59,725 nt of DNA, filler included, from 5 parts of 5 records of this genome joined end to end with filler, not necessarily neighbours in it, one strand, 5' to 3'; counted from the whole stretch's first letter, positions 35,890 through 48,430 are shown. The notes: a model not told the origin generated them from the letters alone. Translations and numbers: made by a program.

Positions 35890-36159
35890 TCAGGCGCTTT
35901 TCAGAGCCTTGATTTTGGCGTTCAGACGGCTCTTGTGGCGAGCAATCTTGTTCTTGGCGAAGATGCCTTTGTTGACCATGCTGTCCATGATCGGCTGAGC
36001 TTCTTTCAGAGCAGCCTGGGCTTCATCGTGGTTGCCGGCCTTGATCTTGGCGTCGACCTTTTTCATGTAGGTGCGTGCCATGGAACGCAGGCTGGCGTTA
36101 TGCTTGCGATTTTTCTCGTTCTGACGAGCGCGCTTCTTGGCTTGCGGGGAATTTGCCAC
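35890..36159 (-). CDS. rpsT: 30S ribosomal protein S20
   Basis: MANSPQAKKRARQ, GTG start. Confidence 0.97.
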   Translation of the reverse strand: MANSPQAKKRARQNEKNRKHNASLRSMARTYMKKVDAKIKAGNHDEAQAALKEAQPIMDSMVNKGIFAKNKIARHKSRLNAKIKALKSA

Positions 36160-36425
36160 CGTAAAACTCCTGAAAATTCGTTGCTATAAAAAAGAAATTT
36201 TTACATCGCGGGCGCGCCAAAACCAGCGCGTCGAAATAAATGACGCGGAACTATGCCGCTGAATGCCCGAAATGTCAAGGCCGCCGCACGGTTCGTGCCT
36301 CGCCTGCAAAGCCCTGTGATACACTCCGGCATCGCAGCGCTGGGGCTGGCCGGGGGGCGTTACTCCGCCTCGTGGATTACCGAGATGGCCCGTAGCTTCC
36401 ACTCAGGATTCTGGACGCCGAAATC

Positions 36426-38012
36426 ATGTCTTCCGAACAACGAAAGCCACCCTCAACAGGGAAGTCAGAACCGCCCAGGGCGCCGGGATTGTTGAGATCG
36501 TCTGGCGTGGTCGGGATGATGACCATGCTGTCCCGGGTGTTGGGGCTGGTTCGGGATATGGTGATTGCCCGCTATTTTGGCGCGGGAGCGGGGGCTGACG
36601 CGTTTTTCGTGGCATTCAAGATTCCCAACTTCCTCCGGCGTCTGTTTGCCGAAGGTGCGTTTTCTCAGGCTTTTGTGCCGGTGTTGTCATCCTATCGGGA
36701 AACGCAGGATATTTCGCAAGTGAAACGCCTGGTAGACGCCGTGGCCGGTTCTCTGGGTTTGGTGCTTCTGGCGGTAACTCTTGTTGCGATGCTCGGCTCG
36801 CCGGTGCTGACCGCGGTGTTTGCGCCAGGATTTCTGGGTGACGACGTCAAGTTTGCGCTCACCAGCGAGATGCTGCGCATTACCTTTCCGTATCTGCTGT
36901 TGATATCCCTGACCGCCTTTGCGGGTGGCATTCTCAACAGTTATGACCGGTTTGCGGTGCCGGCCTTCACTCCGGTCTTACTGAACCTGGCGATGATTTC
37001 GGCGGCCATTTTCCTCACACCGGTGATGGATGAGCCGGTGATGGCCCTGGCCTGGGGTGTGTTCATTGCCGGTGCCTTGCAGCTGTTTTTCCAGTTGCCG
37101 TTTCTGATGCGCCTGGGGCTTCTGCCCAGGCCTCGGATCGATTATCGGCACGAAGGGGTAAGCCGTATCCTGAAGCTGATGGCGCCGGCGCTGTTCGGGG
37201 TTTCGGTCAGCCAGATCAATCTGTTACTGGATACCGTGCTGGCCTCCTTCCTGCAAACCGGGAGCGTGTCCTGGCTGTACTATTCCGACCGTTTGTCGGA
37301 GTTGCCATTGGGGGTGTTCGGTATTGCGATCGCCACGGTGATTCTGCCCAGTCTGTCGCGCAAGCATGCGGCAGCATCTGCGGACCAGTTTGCAGCGACC
37401 CTGGACTGGGCTGTGCGGGCCGTTCTGCTGATCGGCGTGCCGGCCGCCCTGGCGTTGGCTTTGCTGGCAGAGCCCTTGATCGCAACTCTGTTCCACTACG
37501 GCGAAGTGACCGATCGCGATGTCGCGATGTCAGCACAAAGTCTGCGGGCCTATTCTGCGGGTTTGTTGGCGTTCATGTTGATCAAGGTGCTGGCACCGGG
37601 TTTTTTCGCCCGGGAAGATACCAAAACCCCGGTAAAGATTGGTGTGATCGCCATGGTCGCCAATATGGTGTTTAACCTGGCGCTGATCGTGCCGCTGGCG
37701 CATGCCGGGCTTGCGCTGGCGACATCGCTTTCTGCCTGGCTCAACGGTTATCTGCTCTGGCGCGGACTTCGCAAGGAAGGCGCCTGGAAAAGCCAGTCGG
37801 GCTGGCCGAAGTTCCTGATGCAGCTGGCGGTTGCGAACAGCGCGCTGGCAGCGGTGATCCTCTGGCTGAACGTGCCGGTTGGCCAATGGCTGGCCTTTAC
37901 TGGTCTGCAGAGGGCTTCGGAAATGACGATTCTGGTTGTGGCTGGGGTTCTCGCCTATTTTGTTGCGCTGGCCCTTGCAGGTGTTCGCGTGCGGCAATTC
38001 CGCCAGAAGTAA
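36426..38012 (+). CDS. murJ: Lipid II flippase MurJ
   Basis: SRVLGLVRD and PNFLRRLFAEGAF. Confidence 0.97.
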   Translation: MSSEQRKPPSTGKSEPPRAPGLLRSSGVVGMMTMLSRVLGLVRDMVIARYFGAGAGADAFFVAFKIPNFLRRLFAEGAFSQAFVPVLSSYRETQDISQVKRLVDAVAGSLGLVLLAVTLVAMLGSPVLTAVFAPGFLGDDVKFALTSEMLRITFPYLLLISLTAFAGGILNSYDRFAVPAFTPVLLNLAMISAAIFLTPVMDEPVMALAWGVFIAGALQLFFQLPFLMRLGLLPRPRIDYRHEGVSRILKLMAPALFGVSVSQINLLLDTVLASFLQTGSVSWLYYSDRLSELPLGVFGIAIATVILPSLSRKHAAASADQFAATLDWAVRAVLLIGVPAALALALLAEPLIATLFHYGEVTDRDVAMSAQSLRAYSAGLLAFMLIKVLAPGFFAREDTKTPVKIGVIAMVANMVFNLALIVPLAHAGLALATSLSAWLNGYLLWRGLRKEGAWKSQSGWPKFLMQLAVANSALAAVILWLNVPVGQWLAFTGLQRASEMTILVVAGVLAYFVALALAGVRVRQFRQK

Positions 38013-38130
38013 GGCATCGTCATTTCTACCACGCCCGCTCCTGGGGTATAATCGCGCGTTTTCTCACCAGTGCGTCGCGCGTTCGCGCCGGCGCGCCGAA
38101 AGCCATTGGCAGCATTAGGGTTCGCAGTAC

Positions 38131-39099
38131 ATGCGTCTGATTCGAGGCCTGACCAATCTCAAGCGTATCGCGGGAAGTGCGGATTCTCCGCTGGCCGATG
38201 GGTGCGTGGCCACTATCGGCAACTTTGACGGCGTTCATCGGGGCCACAAAACCATCATCGATCAGGTCAGAGGCAAGGCTCAGGCACTTAACCTGCCGTC
38301 TGTGGTAATGATTTTCGAGCCTCAGCCCCAGGAATTTTTCAAGGGGGCGGAAGCGCCTCCCCGGTTGATGCCGTTTCGCCAGAAATTTGAAGCTCTGCTT
38401 GGCGAAGGCGTTGATGTGGTGCTGTGTATCCGCTTTGACGAAACCTTCCGCAGCTATTCCGGCATGGGCTTTATCGAGGATGTGCTGATCCATGGCCTTG
38501 GGGTTCGTCACCTGGTGGTGGGCGACGACTTCCGCTTCGGCTGCGACCGGGCCGGCGACTTCAGGCTGTTGCAAAGCGTGGGGCAGGAACGGGGCTTTAC
38601 AGTTGAGAATACCCGCACCGTTGTCGTGGACGGAGAGCGGGTGAGTAGCACCCGGGTGCGCAACGCCCTGAATGTGAACGGACTTGAGGAAGCCGAGCGA
38701 CTCTTGGGGCACCCTTACCGGATCCATGGGCGGGTGGTATATGGCCGGCAGCTGGGCCGGCAGATCGGCGCGCCCACCGCCAATATCCTGCTGCATCAGA
38801 TGCCGGCGCTGAGAGGGGTTTACGTGGTGAGGGCCCGGCTCGATACCGGGGAATGGCGTGATGGCGTGGCGAACATCGGCCTGCGCCCCACGGTAGATGG
38901 CAAGCGACCATCGCTGGAAGTGCACCTGTTTGACTTTGCTGGCACACTTTATGGCCAGCACCTGGAAGTCGTGTTCCGCCATGGCCTGCGGGACGAAGTG
39001 AAATTCGACTCTGTTGACGAACTTCGGCAACAGATCGCCCGGGATTTTGAGCATGCCCGGGCCTGGTTGGCGGAGAACCCCGCCACCCCGGAAACCTGA
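38131..39099 (+). CDS. ribF: Bifunctional riboflavin kinase/FAD synthetase
   Basis: IGNFDGVHRGH, SSTRVR and PTAN. Confidence 0.97.
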   Translation: MRLIRGLTNLKRIAGSADSPLADGCVATIGNFDGVHRGHKTIIDQVRGKAQALNLPSVVMIFEPQPQEFFKGAEAPPRLMPFRQKFEALLGEGVDVVLCIRFDETFRSYSGMGFIEDVLIHGLGVRHLVVGDDFRFGCDRAGDFRLLQSVGQERGFTVENTRTVVVDGERVSSTRVRNALNVNGLEEAERLLGHPYRIHGRVVYGRQLGRQIGAPTANILLHQMPALRGVYVVRARLDTGEWRDGVANIGLRPTVDGKRPSLEVHLFDFAGTLYGQHLEVVFRHGLRDEVKFDSVDELRQQIARDFEHARAWLAENPATPET

Positions 39100-39132
39100 T
39101 TCAACTGACCAACCAAGAGTACGCACACAGAC

Positions 39133-41952
39133 ATGAGCGACTACAAGCATACCCTGAATCTGCCGGAAACCGCGTTCCCCATGCGCGGTAACCTGGCCAA
39201 GCGCGAGCCGGACATGCTCAAGTACTGGCAGGACCTGAACGTTTACGGCAATCTGCGCAAGCAGCGCCAAGGTCGTGAGAAGTTCATCCTGCACGATGGC
39301 CCTCCCTACGCTAACGGCAGCATTCACATCGGGCATGCGGTCAACAAGATCCTGAAAGACATGATCGTGAAATCCCGCAGTTTCATGGGCTACGACGCAC
39401 CCTACGTGCCGGGCTGGGATTGCCACGGTCTGCCCATCGAGCACAAGGTTGAGCAGGAAATCGGCAAGGCCGGCGTGAAGGTGGACTACAAAACCTTCCG
39501 CCAGGCCTGCCGAGACTACGCCACCAAACAGATCGAAGGCCAGAAGGCCGACTTTATCCGCCTGGGCGTGATGGGTGAGTGGGACAAGCCCTATCTGACC
39601 ATGGATCCGAAAGTGGAGGCGGGCATTGTCCGGGCGTTGGGCAAGATCGTCGCCAAGGGCCACCTGGTGCGGGGCTTCAAGCCGGTTTACTGGAGTGTGG
39701 TTGGTCAGTCCGCACTGGCAGAAGCCGAAGTTGAATACCAGGACAAAACTTCAACCCAGATTGACGTGCGCTTCACTGTCGTGGATCAGGACGCCGTACT
39801 GAAAACCTTCGGAACCAGCGAAGGTGAGGGCGATGTATCCCTGGTGATCTGGACCACGACTCCCTGGACGATTCCCGCCAACCAGGCGGTGTCCATCGGT
39901 GCCGATATTGAATACGCACTGGTACAGTTAGATGTCGGCCACGGCGCTGAGCGAATGATTCTGGCCACGGACATGGTGCAGGGCATCATGGCTCGCTGGG
40001 GTGTGGAAGACTACAAAGTGCTGGCCAACGTCTCCGGTTCCGCACTGGAAAACCAGTTGCTGCAACATCCGGTGTACGACAAGCAAGTGCCTGTGCTGCT
40101 GGGTGACCACGTTTCCCTGGACGCCGGTACCGGTGCAGTACACACAGCGCCTGACCATGGTATGGAAGACTTCGTGGTGGGTAAGGAATACGGCATTGGC
40201 ACCCTCAACCTGGTGAAAGCCGACGGCACCTATACCGACGCGGCCGGCGAATTCGCTGGTGTGCACGTATACAAGGCCGATGAGCCGGTATGCGCCGCGC
40301 TGGAACGCGAAGGCAAGCTGGTACGCTCGGAAAAATTCCGCCACAGCTACCCGCACTGCTGGCGCACCAAGACCCCGCTGATCTACAGGGCTACGCCCCA
40401 GTGGTTCATCAGCATGGACAAGCTTAACCTGCGCGCCGATGCCCTGGAAGCCATCAAAGGCGTGCGCTGGGTGCCGGCCTGGGGCCAGAATCGCATCGAG
40501 GCCATGTTCGAGCAGAGCCCGGACTGGTGTATTTCTCGTCAGCGCACGTGGGGCGTGCCGATCACCCTGTTTATCCATAAGGAAACCCAGGAGCTGCACC
40601 CGAACACCCAGGAGCTGATCGAGAAAGTCGCCCAGGCGGTGGAAACCGGCGGCATCGATGCCTGGTACGACATTGACCAGAACGAACTGCTGGGCGCCGA
40701 TGCTGACCAGTACGAAAAAGTGCTGGATACCCTGGACGTCTGGTTTGACTCGGGTGTCACCCATGACTCTGTATTGCGGGTACGTGAAGAATTGGGCCAG
40801 TTCCCGGCCGATATGTACCTGGAAGGCTCTGACCAGCATCGTGGCTGGTTCCAGTCATCCCTGAAAACCTCCATTGCCATGAATGGCGTGGCGCCGTACA
40901 AGCAAGTGCTCACTCACGGCTTCACTGTGGATGCCAAGGGCTACAAGATGTCCAAGTCCCTGGGTAACGTTATCGCCCCACAGGAAGTCATGAACGAGCT
41001 GGGTGCAGACATCCTGCGTTTGTGGGTCTCTGCCACCGACTACAGCGGTGAGATGAGCGTTTCCAAGGATATCCTGCGCCAGACTGCAGACGGCTATCGC
41101 CGTATCCGCAACACTGCACGCTTCCTGTTGAGCAACCTGACCGGGTTTGATCCGGACCAGCATATGGTCGCGCCGGAAGACATGATTGCCCTGGATCGCT
41201 GGATGGTCGACCGCGCCCTGCAGCTCCAGAACGAACTGCATGAAGACTACGGCAACTATGCCTTCCTTCGGATCTACCAGAAGGTGTACAACTTCTGTGA
41301 AGCCACCCTGGGTGGCTTCTACCTGGACATCATCAAGGACCGCCAGTACACCACCCAGGCCGACAGCCTGGCGCGACGTTCCTGCCAGACCGCGCTCTAT
41401 CATGTAGCCGAAGCCCTGGTGCGCTGGATTGCGCCAATCCTGAGCTTCACCGCTGATGAAATCTGGCAGCACCTGCCGGGTAGGCGCGGCGACACCGTGT
41501 TCTACGAAACCTGGTACGAGGGCTTGACTGCGCTGCCTGAGGGCTTCGAGTTAGGCCGTGACTACTGGCGTGAAATCTACGCTGTGAAAGAGGCGGTCAA
41601 CAAGTGCCTGGAAGAAGTCCGTGCCCGAGGTGAAATCAAAGGCTCATTGAGCGCGGAAGTGACTCTTTACTGCGAAGGTAGCCTGGCCGAGCGACTGAAC
41701 TATCTTGGTGAAGAGCTGCGCTTTGTGCTGATTACCTCTGAAGCCACCGTTAAGCCGGTGAGCGAAGCGGCCGGCGTAGAGCAAACCAACCTGGAAGGTC
41801 TGCTGGTGAAAGTGACCCCGGCGACTCACGCCAAGTGCGAACGCTGCTGGCACCACCGTGAAGACGTGGGGCAGAACGAGCAGTACAGCGATCTGTGTGG
41901 CCGTTGCGTGACCAATGTGGAAGGCCCGGGTGAAACCCGTGCATACGCCTGA
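39133..41952 (+). CDS. ileS: Isoleucine--tRNA ligase
   Basis: HIGH, KMSKS and C-terminal CERCW...CGRC zinc finger. Confidence 0.98.
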   Translation: MSDYKHTLNLPETAFPMRGNLAKREPDMLKYWQDLNVYGNLRKQRQGREKFILHDGPPYANGSIHIGHAVNKILKDMIVKSRSFMGYDAPYVPGWDCHGLPIEHKVEQEIGKAGVKVDYKTFRQACRDYATKQIEGQKADFIRLGVMGEWDKPYLTMDPKVEAGIVRALGKIVAKGHLVRGFKPVYWSVVGQSALAEAEVEYQDKTSTQIDVRFTVVDQDAVLKTFGTSEGEGDVSLVIWTTTPWTIPANQAVSIGADIEYALVQLDVGHGAERMILATDMVQGIMARWGVEDYKVLANVSGSALENQLLQHPVYDKQVPVLLGDHVSLDAGTGAVHTAPDHGMEDFVVGKEYGIGTLNLVKADGTYTDAAGEFAGVHVYKADEPVCAALEREGKLVRSEKFRHSYPHCWRTKTPLIYRATPQWFISMDKLNLRADALEAIKGVRWVPAWGQNRIEAMFEQSPDWCISRQRTWGVPITLFIHKETQELHPNTQELIEKVAQAVETGGIDAWYDIDQNELLGADADQYEKVLDTLDVWFDSGVTHDSVLRVREELGQFPADMYLEGSDQHRGWFQSSLKTSIAMNGVAPYKQVLTHGFTVDAKGYKMSKSLGNVIAPQEVMNELGADILRLWVSATDYSGEMSVSKDILRQTADGYRRIRNTARFLLSNLTGFDPDQHMVAPEDMIALDRWMVDRALQLQNELHEDYGNYAFLRIYQKVYNFCEATLGGFYLDIIKDRQYTTQADSLARRSCQTALYHVAEALVRWIAPILSFTADEIWQHLPGRRGDTVFYETWYEGLTALPEGFELGRDYWREIYAVKEAVNKCLEEVRARGEIKGSLSAEVTLYCEGSLAERLNYLGEELRFVLITSEATVKPVSEAAGVEQTNLEGLLVKVTPATHAKCERCWHHREDVGQNEQYSDLCGRCVTNVEGPGETRAYA

Positions 41953-42473
41953 TGGATGCGGTCATGACTGAAAGCACTGGCAGTAAACTGAAATGGCTGT
42001 GGCTGGCGGTGCTGGTCATCGCCATTGACCTGGGCACCAAAGCCATAGCCACGGCTATGCTGACCTACGGTGACCCGGTACCGGTACTGCCCAGTTTCAA
42101 CCTGACGCTACTGCACAACACTGGCGCGGCATTCAGCTTCCTGGCCGATGCCGCCGGCTGGCAGCGCTGGTTCTTTGTCGCCCTGGCGGTCGTGGTCAGT
42201 GTGGTGCTGGTGGGCTGGCTGAGAAAACTCAAAGCCGATGAAACCTGGACCGCGATTGCCATCGTATTGATCCTCGGTGGCGCCATCGGCAACGTATACG
42301 ACCGGGTGGTGCATGGTTACGTGGTGGACTTCCTGCATTTCTACTGGCAGGACTGGCATTTCCCTGCCTTTAACCTGGCCGACACCGCTATCACCATTGG
42401 TGCTGCCATGATGATCATCGATGCATTCCGCAAACCCGCTGGTGCCAGCGGCGATGCTGACAGGAGCAACTGA
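41952..42473 (+). CDS. lspA: Lipoprotein signal peptidase II
   Basis: [17 protein letters not shown] and FNLAD. Confidence 0.97.
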   Translation: MDAVMTESTGSKLKWLWLAVLVIAIDLGTKAIATAMLTYGDPVPVLPSFNLTLLHNTGAAFSFLADAAGWQRWFFVALAVVVSVVLVGWLRKLKADETWTAIAIVLILGGAIGNVYDRVVHGYVVDFLHFYWQDWHFPAFNLADTAITIGAAMMIIDAFRKPAGASGDADRSN

Positions 42474-42478
42474 ACCCC

Positions 42479-42931
42479 ATGAAAGAACTGCCCATCGATA
42501 AGGGAACCCGAGTAAAACTGCACTTCGCCCTGAAGTTTGAAGACGGCGAAACTGTGGATTCCACCTTCGACAAAGAGCCGGCTACCCTGGAAATCGGTGA
42601 TGAAAACCTGCCGGAAAATTTCGAAGCCTACCTGATGGGCCTGAAAGCCGGCGACCACAAAACCTTTGAAGTGCCGCCGGAAAAAGCCTTCGGCCAGCAC
42701 AACCCCAGCAATATCCAGACCTTCAAGCGCCACGAATTCAGTGCTGACATGGTTCTGGAGCCGGGTGTGGTGATTTCCTTCGCCGACGCGCGCCAGCAGG
42801 AACTGCCCGGGGTGATCAAGCGGGTAGAAGGTGACCAGGTGGATGTGGACTTTAATCACCCGCTGGCAGGGCATACACTGAGCTTTGAAGTTCAGATTAT
42901 CGACGTTGAACCAGCAGGGCCGACACACTGA
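42479..42931 (+). CDS. fkpB: FKBP-type peptidyl-prolyl isomerase (SlpA)
   Basis: DFNHPLAG and position between lspA and ispH. Confidence 0.93.
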   Translation: MKELPIDKGTRVKLHFALKFEDGETVDSTFDKEPATLEIGDENLPENFEAYLMGLKAGDHKTFEVPPEKAFGQHNPSNIQTFKRHEFSADMVLEPGVVISFADARQQELPGVIKRVEGDQVDVDFNHPLAGHTLSFEVQIIDVEPAGPTH

Positions 42932-42933
42932 TT

Positions 42934-43884
42934 ATGCACATTCGACTCGCTAACCCCCGTGGCTTCTGTGCCGGCGTAGACCGTGCCATAGAAATTGTAA
43001 ACCGCGCGCTGGACGTGTTCGGAGCGCCTATCTACGTGCGCCACGAAGTGGTCCACAACAAATTCGTGGTAGACAACCTGCGCAACCGGGGCGCGATCTT
43101 TGTCGACGAGTTGGACGAAGTGCCCGACGACAAACTGGTGATCTTCAGTGCCCACGGCGTATCCCAGGCGGTACAGAACGAAGCCGCCCGGCGCGGCCTG
43201 AAAGTGTTCGACGCTACCTGCCCGCTGGTCACCAAAGTGCATATGGAAGTGATGCGTTACAGCCGTGATGGCCGCGAGTGCATCCTGATTGGCCACCATG
43301 GACACCCGGAAGTGGAAGGTACCATGGGCCAGTACGATCACAGCAACGGCGGCGACATCTATCTGGTGGAAGACGAAGCCGACGTGCAAAAGCTGGAAGT
43401 GAAAGACGCCAGCCGTTTGTCCTTCGTTACCCAAACCACGCTGTCCATGGACGATACCGCACGGGTAATCGACGCCCTGCGCGCGAAATTCCCGAAAATC
43501 GAAGGCCCCCGCAAAGACGACATCTGCTACGCCACCCAGAATCGGCAGGACGCGGTCAAGCAGTTGGCCGGTGACTGTGATCTGATGCTGGTGGTGGGCT
43601 CCCCCAATAGCTCCAACTCCAATCGCCTGCGGGAACTGGCTGAGCGCATGGGCACGCCTGCTTACCTGATTGATGAGGCTGCCCAGATAGAGCCGCAATG
43701 GCTTGAGGGCAAGAAGGCCGTAGGAGTCACTGCTGGAGCGTCGGCTCCTGAGGTGCTGGTTGCGGATGTGATCAACCGGCTCAAGGAGCTTGGTGGTGAA
43801 GAGCCTCAGGAAGTGGCAGGCAGGGAGGAGAGTATTGTGTTTTCCATGCCTAGGGAATTGCGGATTGATGTGGTTAATGTGTAG
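42934..43884 (+). CDS. ispH: 4-hydroxy-3-methylbut-2-enyl diphosphate reductase
   Basis: [24 protein letters not shown] and SSNS. Confidence 0.98.
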   Translation: MHIRLANPRGFCAGVDRAIEIVNRALDVFGAPIYVRHEVVHNKFVVDNLRNRGAIFVDELDEVPDDKLVIFSAHGVSQAVQNEAARRGLKVFDATCPLVTKVHMEVMRYSRDGRECILIGHHGHPEVEGTMGQYDHSNGGDIYLVEDEADVQKLEVKDASRLSFVTQTTLSMDDTARVIDALRAKFPKIEGPRKDDICYATQNRQDAVKQLAGDCDLMLVVGSPNSSNSNRLRELAERMGTPAYLIDEAAQIEPQWLEGKKAVGVTAGASAPEVLVADVINRLKELGGEEPQEVAGREESIVFSMPRELRIDVVNV

Positions 43885-44081
43885 CAACCGGTAAGCCGCT
43901 TTCCAGCTTTCCCCTCTTGATGCCGAGCAACTCCTTTGCAGCGCAATTTGTGATTCTGGTCATCTTTTTTTTCCATAAACTGCCGCTTATTCTCTCCATA
44001 AAACCGTTTGTCGGCTTGCGCTGCAGTTGCGCCTCTTCGGCAAGTAAGCTGTCTAATGAATCAAACCAGAGGGCTCATTGT

Positions 44082-44570
44082 ATGAGACCAAAGCATTCCG
44101 GCTTCACATTGATTGAACTGATGATTGTGGTTGTACTGATTGCAATCATTGCGACAGTGGCTGTGCCTGGGTTTACTTCAATGATTGAGTCGAACCGCTT
44201 TAAAGGGGCCACCAATAATGTGATAGGTCTTCTGAATTTTGCGCGATCAGAAGCTGTTCGGAAAGGGCAATACGTTGTGGTGGGTCCGAATGGTAGCGGT
44301 TGGCAGGAAGGCATGCTTGTCTACCTGGAAGGCGAAAATCCTGCCGCCCCCGGATTCGTTCCGTTGCGTCTACTTGAGGAAATGCCCGGGTCGGTGACTT
44401 TGGAGCTGGCCAGTGGAAGTCCCCCGAGATTTACGGGAAGCGGAAAGCAGCACAGTTTCGGTGTATCCGAGTTCAGGCTCTGCCCCGGCAACGGTGAGCC
44501 GGGAGTGCTTATTGTTGTTAACGGCGGCGGGCAAACCTTCCGTCAAGAAACCCCGGCCAGCTGTCCATAG
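44082..44570 (+). CDS. fimT: Type IV minor pilin, FimT/FimU family
   Basis: G|FTLIELM prepilin motif and ARSEAV. Confidence 0.88.
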   Translation: MRPKHSGFTLIELMIVVVLIAIIATVAVPGFTSMIESNRFKGATNNVIGLLNFARSEAVRKGQYVVVGPNGSGWQEGMLVYLEGENPAAPGFVPLRLLEEMPGSVTLELASGSPPRFTGSGKQHSFGVSEFRLCPGNGEPGVLIVVNGGGQTFRQETPASCP

Positions 44571-44610
44571 GTTTAGGCTCAATCAGAACTCAATAGGGTG
44601 AGTCATTATT

Positions 44611-45021
44611 ATGAAGTCAAAACAACAGGGTTTGACAATGATAGAGGTGCTGGTGGCCTTGCTGGTGCTTGCCGTAGGGCTGCTCGGAATGGCAGGCATG
44701 CAAACATTGTCTATGCAGCAGACGCAGGGCGCAGATCGGCGCTCTCAGGCGGTGATGCACCTTCAGACCGTTGCCGATGAGCTTCGGTCTGAGAAAACAT
44801 TGTCAGCTACAGACTTGTCGCGTCTGAAAGAAGAGTTACAGAAAGACCTAGGATCTGATGCGACGCTCAAGGTAGACAGTGCCGATGTTGGTGGTTACCG
44901 AGAGGCAACAATTACCGCGACATGGAAAGACCGAACTTCCCGCTGGGATCAGGTGGGCGCTGGTGACAGCACTGACCTTTCCTCCCATGAGTTCAAGTTG
45001 ATTGTGAGGTATGCACCATGA
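44611..45021 (+). CDS. pilV: Type IV minor pilin PilV
   Basis: G|LTMIEVLVAL...GLLGMAGMQ. Confidence 0.9.
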   Translation: MKSKQQGLTMIEVLVALLVLAVGLLGMAGMQTLSMQQTQGADRRSQAVMHLQTVADELRSEKTLSATDLSRLKEELQKDLGSDATLKVDSADVGGYREATITATWKDRTSRWDQVGAGDSTDLSSHEFKLIVRYAP

Positions 45022-46124
45022 ATAGGGTGTCATTGGTACTCCGTCGACAGCAAGGGTTGTCGATCATTGAATTGATGATCGCACTGCTGTTGGGTTCGCT
45101 CCTCGTTGGAGGGCTCGTTCAGATACTGACGTCTAACAGTCAGGCGTTTCGGATCACAGAATCCATGGCGCGGACTCAGGAGTTTGGGCGGATTGCATCG
45201 GAAATTCTCAGCAGGGAAGCCAGGAACGCTGGTTATTTCGGCTGTAACAGCGAAGCTTTCGTAAGCAATCTAGATATCGATCCGACAGACTCGAATTTTG
45301 ATGATTTCGACTGGGAGCCTGATGCTGGGGTTAGTTCCGATACTGGTCTCCGGCCGAGCGAGGCGATTGCGGGGACAGACTTTATCTACTTTAGCGGACT
45401 GGAAGGTGGCGGTCTTGAAATTGCCGCCAGTGCTCCGCCGACCGCGGCTTCCACCAAAGTTGAGAGTAAGGGAGGCGGTGGTCCGAATTCATTCCTGAAC
45501 GATGGAGATATTATCGCCATCTCTGATTGTCAAGGGACAGATATTGTTCAGATTTCAAATATTCAGGGCCAGGATGGCGATCTGGAAGTGACCCTTGTGA
45601 CGAACAGCGGCGCGGGCAGCACTCCCGGTAATGATTTCAGCAACAATACTTGTTCGAACACCGGCAATCAAAGTGCGGGGAACAATTGTCTGTCACAGGA
45701 CTATGGTATCGGCGCACAGATTCTGAAGCCCTATGACAGGATCTACTTCATCGGCAAGAGTAAAGTGACCGGTGAGCTGGCCTTGATGATGCGGAGTATT
45801 GACAACGGCGTCGCGCAGACAGTTGAGATGGTAGAGGGCGTCCTTGATTTGCAGGTGCAGTATGGATTGTCTGCAGATAAGCGAGCAGGCGTCAACCGAT
45901 GGGAAGACTCGGAGAGTCTTTCAGGCAACGACTGGGAGCAAATCCGGGCCATCCGGGCGTCCGTGCTGGTCCGAGGCGGCGCAGATAATACGTTCGATGA
46001 CAAGGCGACGCTGTGCTTTCCGACGTGGAAAGACTGTACTAATGGGCACAACTTTACAGCCCCGGACAAGCGAATGTATCGGGCCTATACCTTCACTTCT
46101 AACGTTCGAAACAAGTCGAGCTGA
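45018..46124 (+). CDS. pilW: Type IV minor pilin PilW
   Basis: G|LSIIELMIAL, RNAGYFGC and LQVQYG. Confidence 0.9.
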   Translation: MNRVSLVLRRQQGLSIIELMIALLLGSLLVGGLVQILTSNSQAFRITESMARTQEFGRIASEILSREARNAGYFGCNSEAFVSNLDIDPTDSNFDDFDWEPDAGVSSDTGLRPSEAIAGTDFIYFSGLEGGGLEIAASAPPTAASTKVESKGGGGPNSFLNDGDIIAISDCQGTDIVQISNIQGQDGDLEVTLVTNSGAGSTPGNDFSNNTCSNTGNQSAGNNCLSQDYGIGAQILKPYDRIYFIGKSKVTGELALMMRSIDNGVAQTVEMVEGVLDLQVQYGLSADKRAGVNRWEDSESLSGNDWEQIRAIRASVLVRGGADNTFDDKATLCFPTWKDCTNGHNFTAPDKRMYRAYTFTSNVRNKSS

Positions 46125-46135
46125 TGGGGGCTATC

Positions 46136-46765
46136 ATGAATTTCAAACAAAATGGCATTGCCCTGTTGATGTCGCTGGTAGTTCTGCTGGTGCTCTCATT
46201 ACTGGCAACATCGTCCATGCAGAACTCTGTGATGCAGGAGCGGATGTCCAATGCCAGCCGCGAGGGTTTGATCGCGCTTGAGGCGGCGGAAGCGGCCATG
46301 AGAGAAATTGAGGATACTCTTGAAGGGCTAACGAGCCTGGATAATTTCGGTGAACTCTCTGAAGATGAAAAAAGCAACATAAACAACAAGAAGGGATGGT
46401 ATCAGGCCGGATTTGCTCCCCCGGTTCTGGATGATGCGACCTGGGCCGAGGGCACGTCCTCTCCATCACTCAAGGCAACAGGGATAGATGGTATAGAGCC
46501 CCGGTATTTTATCGAATATCGGGGTGGCGTTGCAGTACAGCCGGGCGCGGCCAGTGACAGGACAGTGCGTAATCTTAACTTCGAGGGTACCGGAGATTCG
46601 GCGGGTGGCGGTGGCGCAGCCGGCCCCGGGGACTCTGAAATATCGATTCAGGCAGAATCGATGCGAATTGTGGTAATGGCGAAAGGCCCATCTGGTGAGA
46701 GCCGGACCATTGTAGAGAGTTACTACTTTATCAGCGCCAACAATATTGAGTCTTCGGAAGGGTGA
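46136..46765 (+). CDS. pilX: Type IV minor pilin PilX
   Basis: G|IALLMSL (no E5), QERMS and AAEAA. Confidence 0.88.
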   Translation: MNFKQNGIALLMSLVVLLVLSLLATSSMQNSVMQERMSNASREGLIALEAAEAAMREIEDTLEGLTSLDNFGELSEDEKSNINNKKGWYQAGFAPPVLDDATWAEGTSSPSLKATGIDGIEPRYFIEYRGGVAVQPGAASDRTVRNLNFEGTGDSAGGGGAAGPGDSEISIQAESMRIVVMAKGPSGESRTIVESYYFISANNIESSEG

Positions 46766-46776
46766 GGGTGGCAGCT

Positions 46777-47140
46777 ATGATCAGACAATTAAACGCGCGG
46801 GCATTTGCTCTGGGCATTGCCATGATCCTCCCGGTGTCAGGGTGGGCCAGCAATGTAAACTTCTCTCAGAAGCCTTTGATGGCCGGGGGTGGGGTAAATC
46901 CTAATCTGATGTTTATTCTCGATGATTCAGGTTCGATGCGATGGGGGTTTATGCCTGATGGTTTGATGGGTGGCCGGAACTTGGGTTCTTGTAACGATCG
47001 GGTTTTTTATGGTGGTGAGGATTACTGTGCATTGAATGTCGGAAGTCGACCATTCCTTTTGAGCTCGACCTACAACAAGCTCTACTACAATCCGAATGTG
47101 ACCTATGAGCCTCCGTTGAAGTCAAATGGAAGCCCGATGC
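46777..47140 (+). CDS. pilY1: Type IV pilus adhesin PilY1 (5' part only)
   Basis: Signal peptide, PNLMFILDDSGSM vWA/MIDAS motif and YYNP..TY.PP. Confidence 0.85.
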
Positions 47141-47240
47141 NNNNNNNNNNNNNNNNNNNNNNNNNNNNNNNNNNNNNNNNNNNNTTAATTAATTAANNNN
47201 NNNNNNNNNNNNNNNNNNNNNNNNNNNNNNNNNNNNNNNN
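47141..47240. other. Artificial contig linker
   Basis: N run with TTAATTAATTAA. Confidence 0.99.
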
Positions 47241-47740
47241 TCAGTGGGCCATGAGCCCTTGGCGCCAAGGTGCCATTTCCCGGCGAAGAATGTTGTATAA
47301 CCTGACGCCTTCAGTAATTCAGCAAGAGTTGTTTCGCTGGCACGCAAGTTCCGCTCATACTCGGGCGGCATGTGACTGTCGTGTCGCCCCGCTTTGCTCC
47401 ATTGCGTGCCCGTGCGATCACCAATCCAGGTAGTGATACCGTGTCTGGTTGGATAAGTCCCGGTTAGTATGCTCGCCCGCGATGGCGAGCATACCTGGCA
47501 GGTCGCGTAGCCGCGCGTAAATTTCACGCCTTCATTGGCGATACGATCGATGTGCGGCGTCTCGTAGAAGGCTGACCCTTCATTACTCAAATCTTTGCAC
47601 CCAAGATCATCGGCCAAGATGAAGACGATATTTGGCTTCTTCACTTGTGCGGAAACGGTACCACAATGGCCAATCCCAATTGCAAGTGCCAGGGAAGCGA
47701 GGAGAGCATGTTGGATGACGTGATTCATGGTGAAAATCAT
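47241..47740 (-). CDS. Formylglycine-dependent sulfatase (3' truncated)
   Basis: KPNIVFILADDLG, CSPSRASILTG and GKWHLG. Confidence 0.93.
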
Positions 47741-48430
47741 TGAACAGGTTTTTTTCCAGTTTTGTAGTTAGCGTCAGTTGCACAAGAGGGTGAACGGAAA
47801 TCGCATGGCTTAAAGTGTCGTGGTCGTCCATCGGTTGAGCGAGTCCACGAGTGGCGATCACCGCGACGTATTGTAACAGCGCCCAGAAAAGATAGGTTCG
47901 GTAAATACACTTTCGTTGCATGCAGAAGCTGCGCTAATACATGCACCCGAGTTGGCTTTGATTGGCGAGGCAACTTTTTGCAGGCATTGCGGGGGACGAG
48001 CAACGTTTTGAACTGGGATCGGCCCTATTTGGAGCAAGGCCCCTCAAGCATGGGGGGCGTGAAATCGCTTTCATGTCTGAAAAAGAGGTTTGTTGCGCAT
48101 TCGCGCTTTCTAAAACGAGTTCATGGCGCACAATACACCCCCGCGGATGGGGCTGCTGGTTCGGAAATGGACGCCCGAACTCGTTTCATGACGGTCTTGA
48201 ATCGGTAGCCCTTCCGCTCGCCCAATTTCTTCGCAGTTTTCTCGCAGATCGATGAGTTCATTCGTTGGACTTCGATCGCTAGAGTGAAGCTGCAAGTCCG
48301 CTGCATGAATGGAACCCCCGCTAGGGAACTTTCCGAGCATAGTAGCGTCGAAAGCCGTACGAACCTAGCTGCGTCCTAGGTTCACTCTCAGCGGTGAGAG
48401 AGACGACTGACGCAGGAGATTGCCCCGAAG

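Noticed and set aside
44082-47140. Minor pilin cluster directly after ispH
   Set aside because: This is the standard location and organisation in Pseudomonas/Marinobacter-type genomes.
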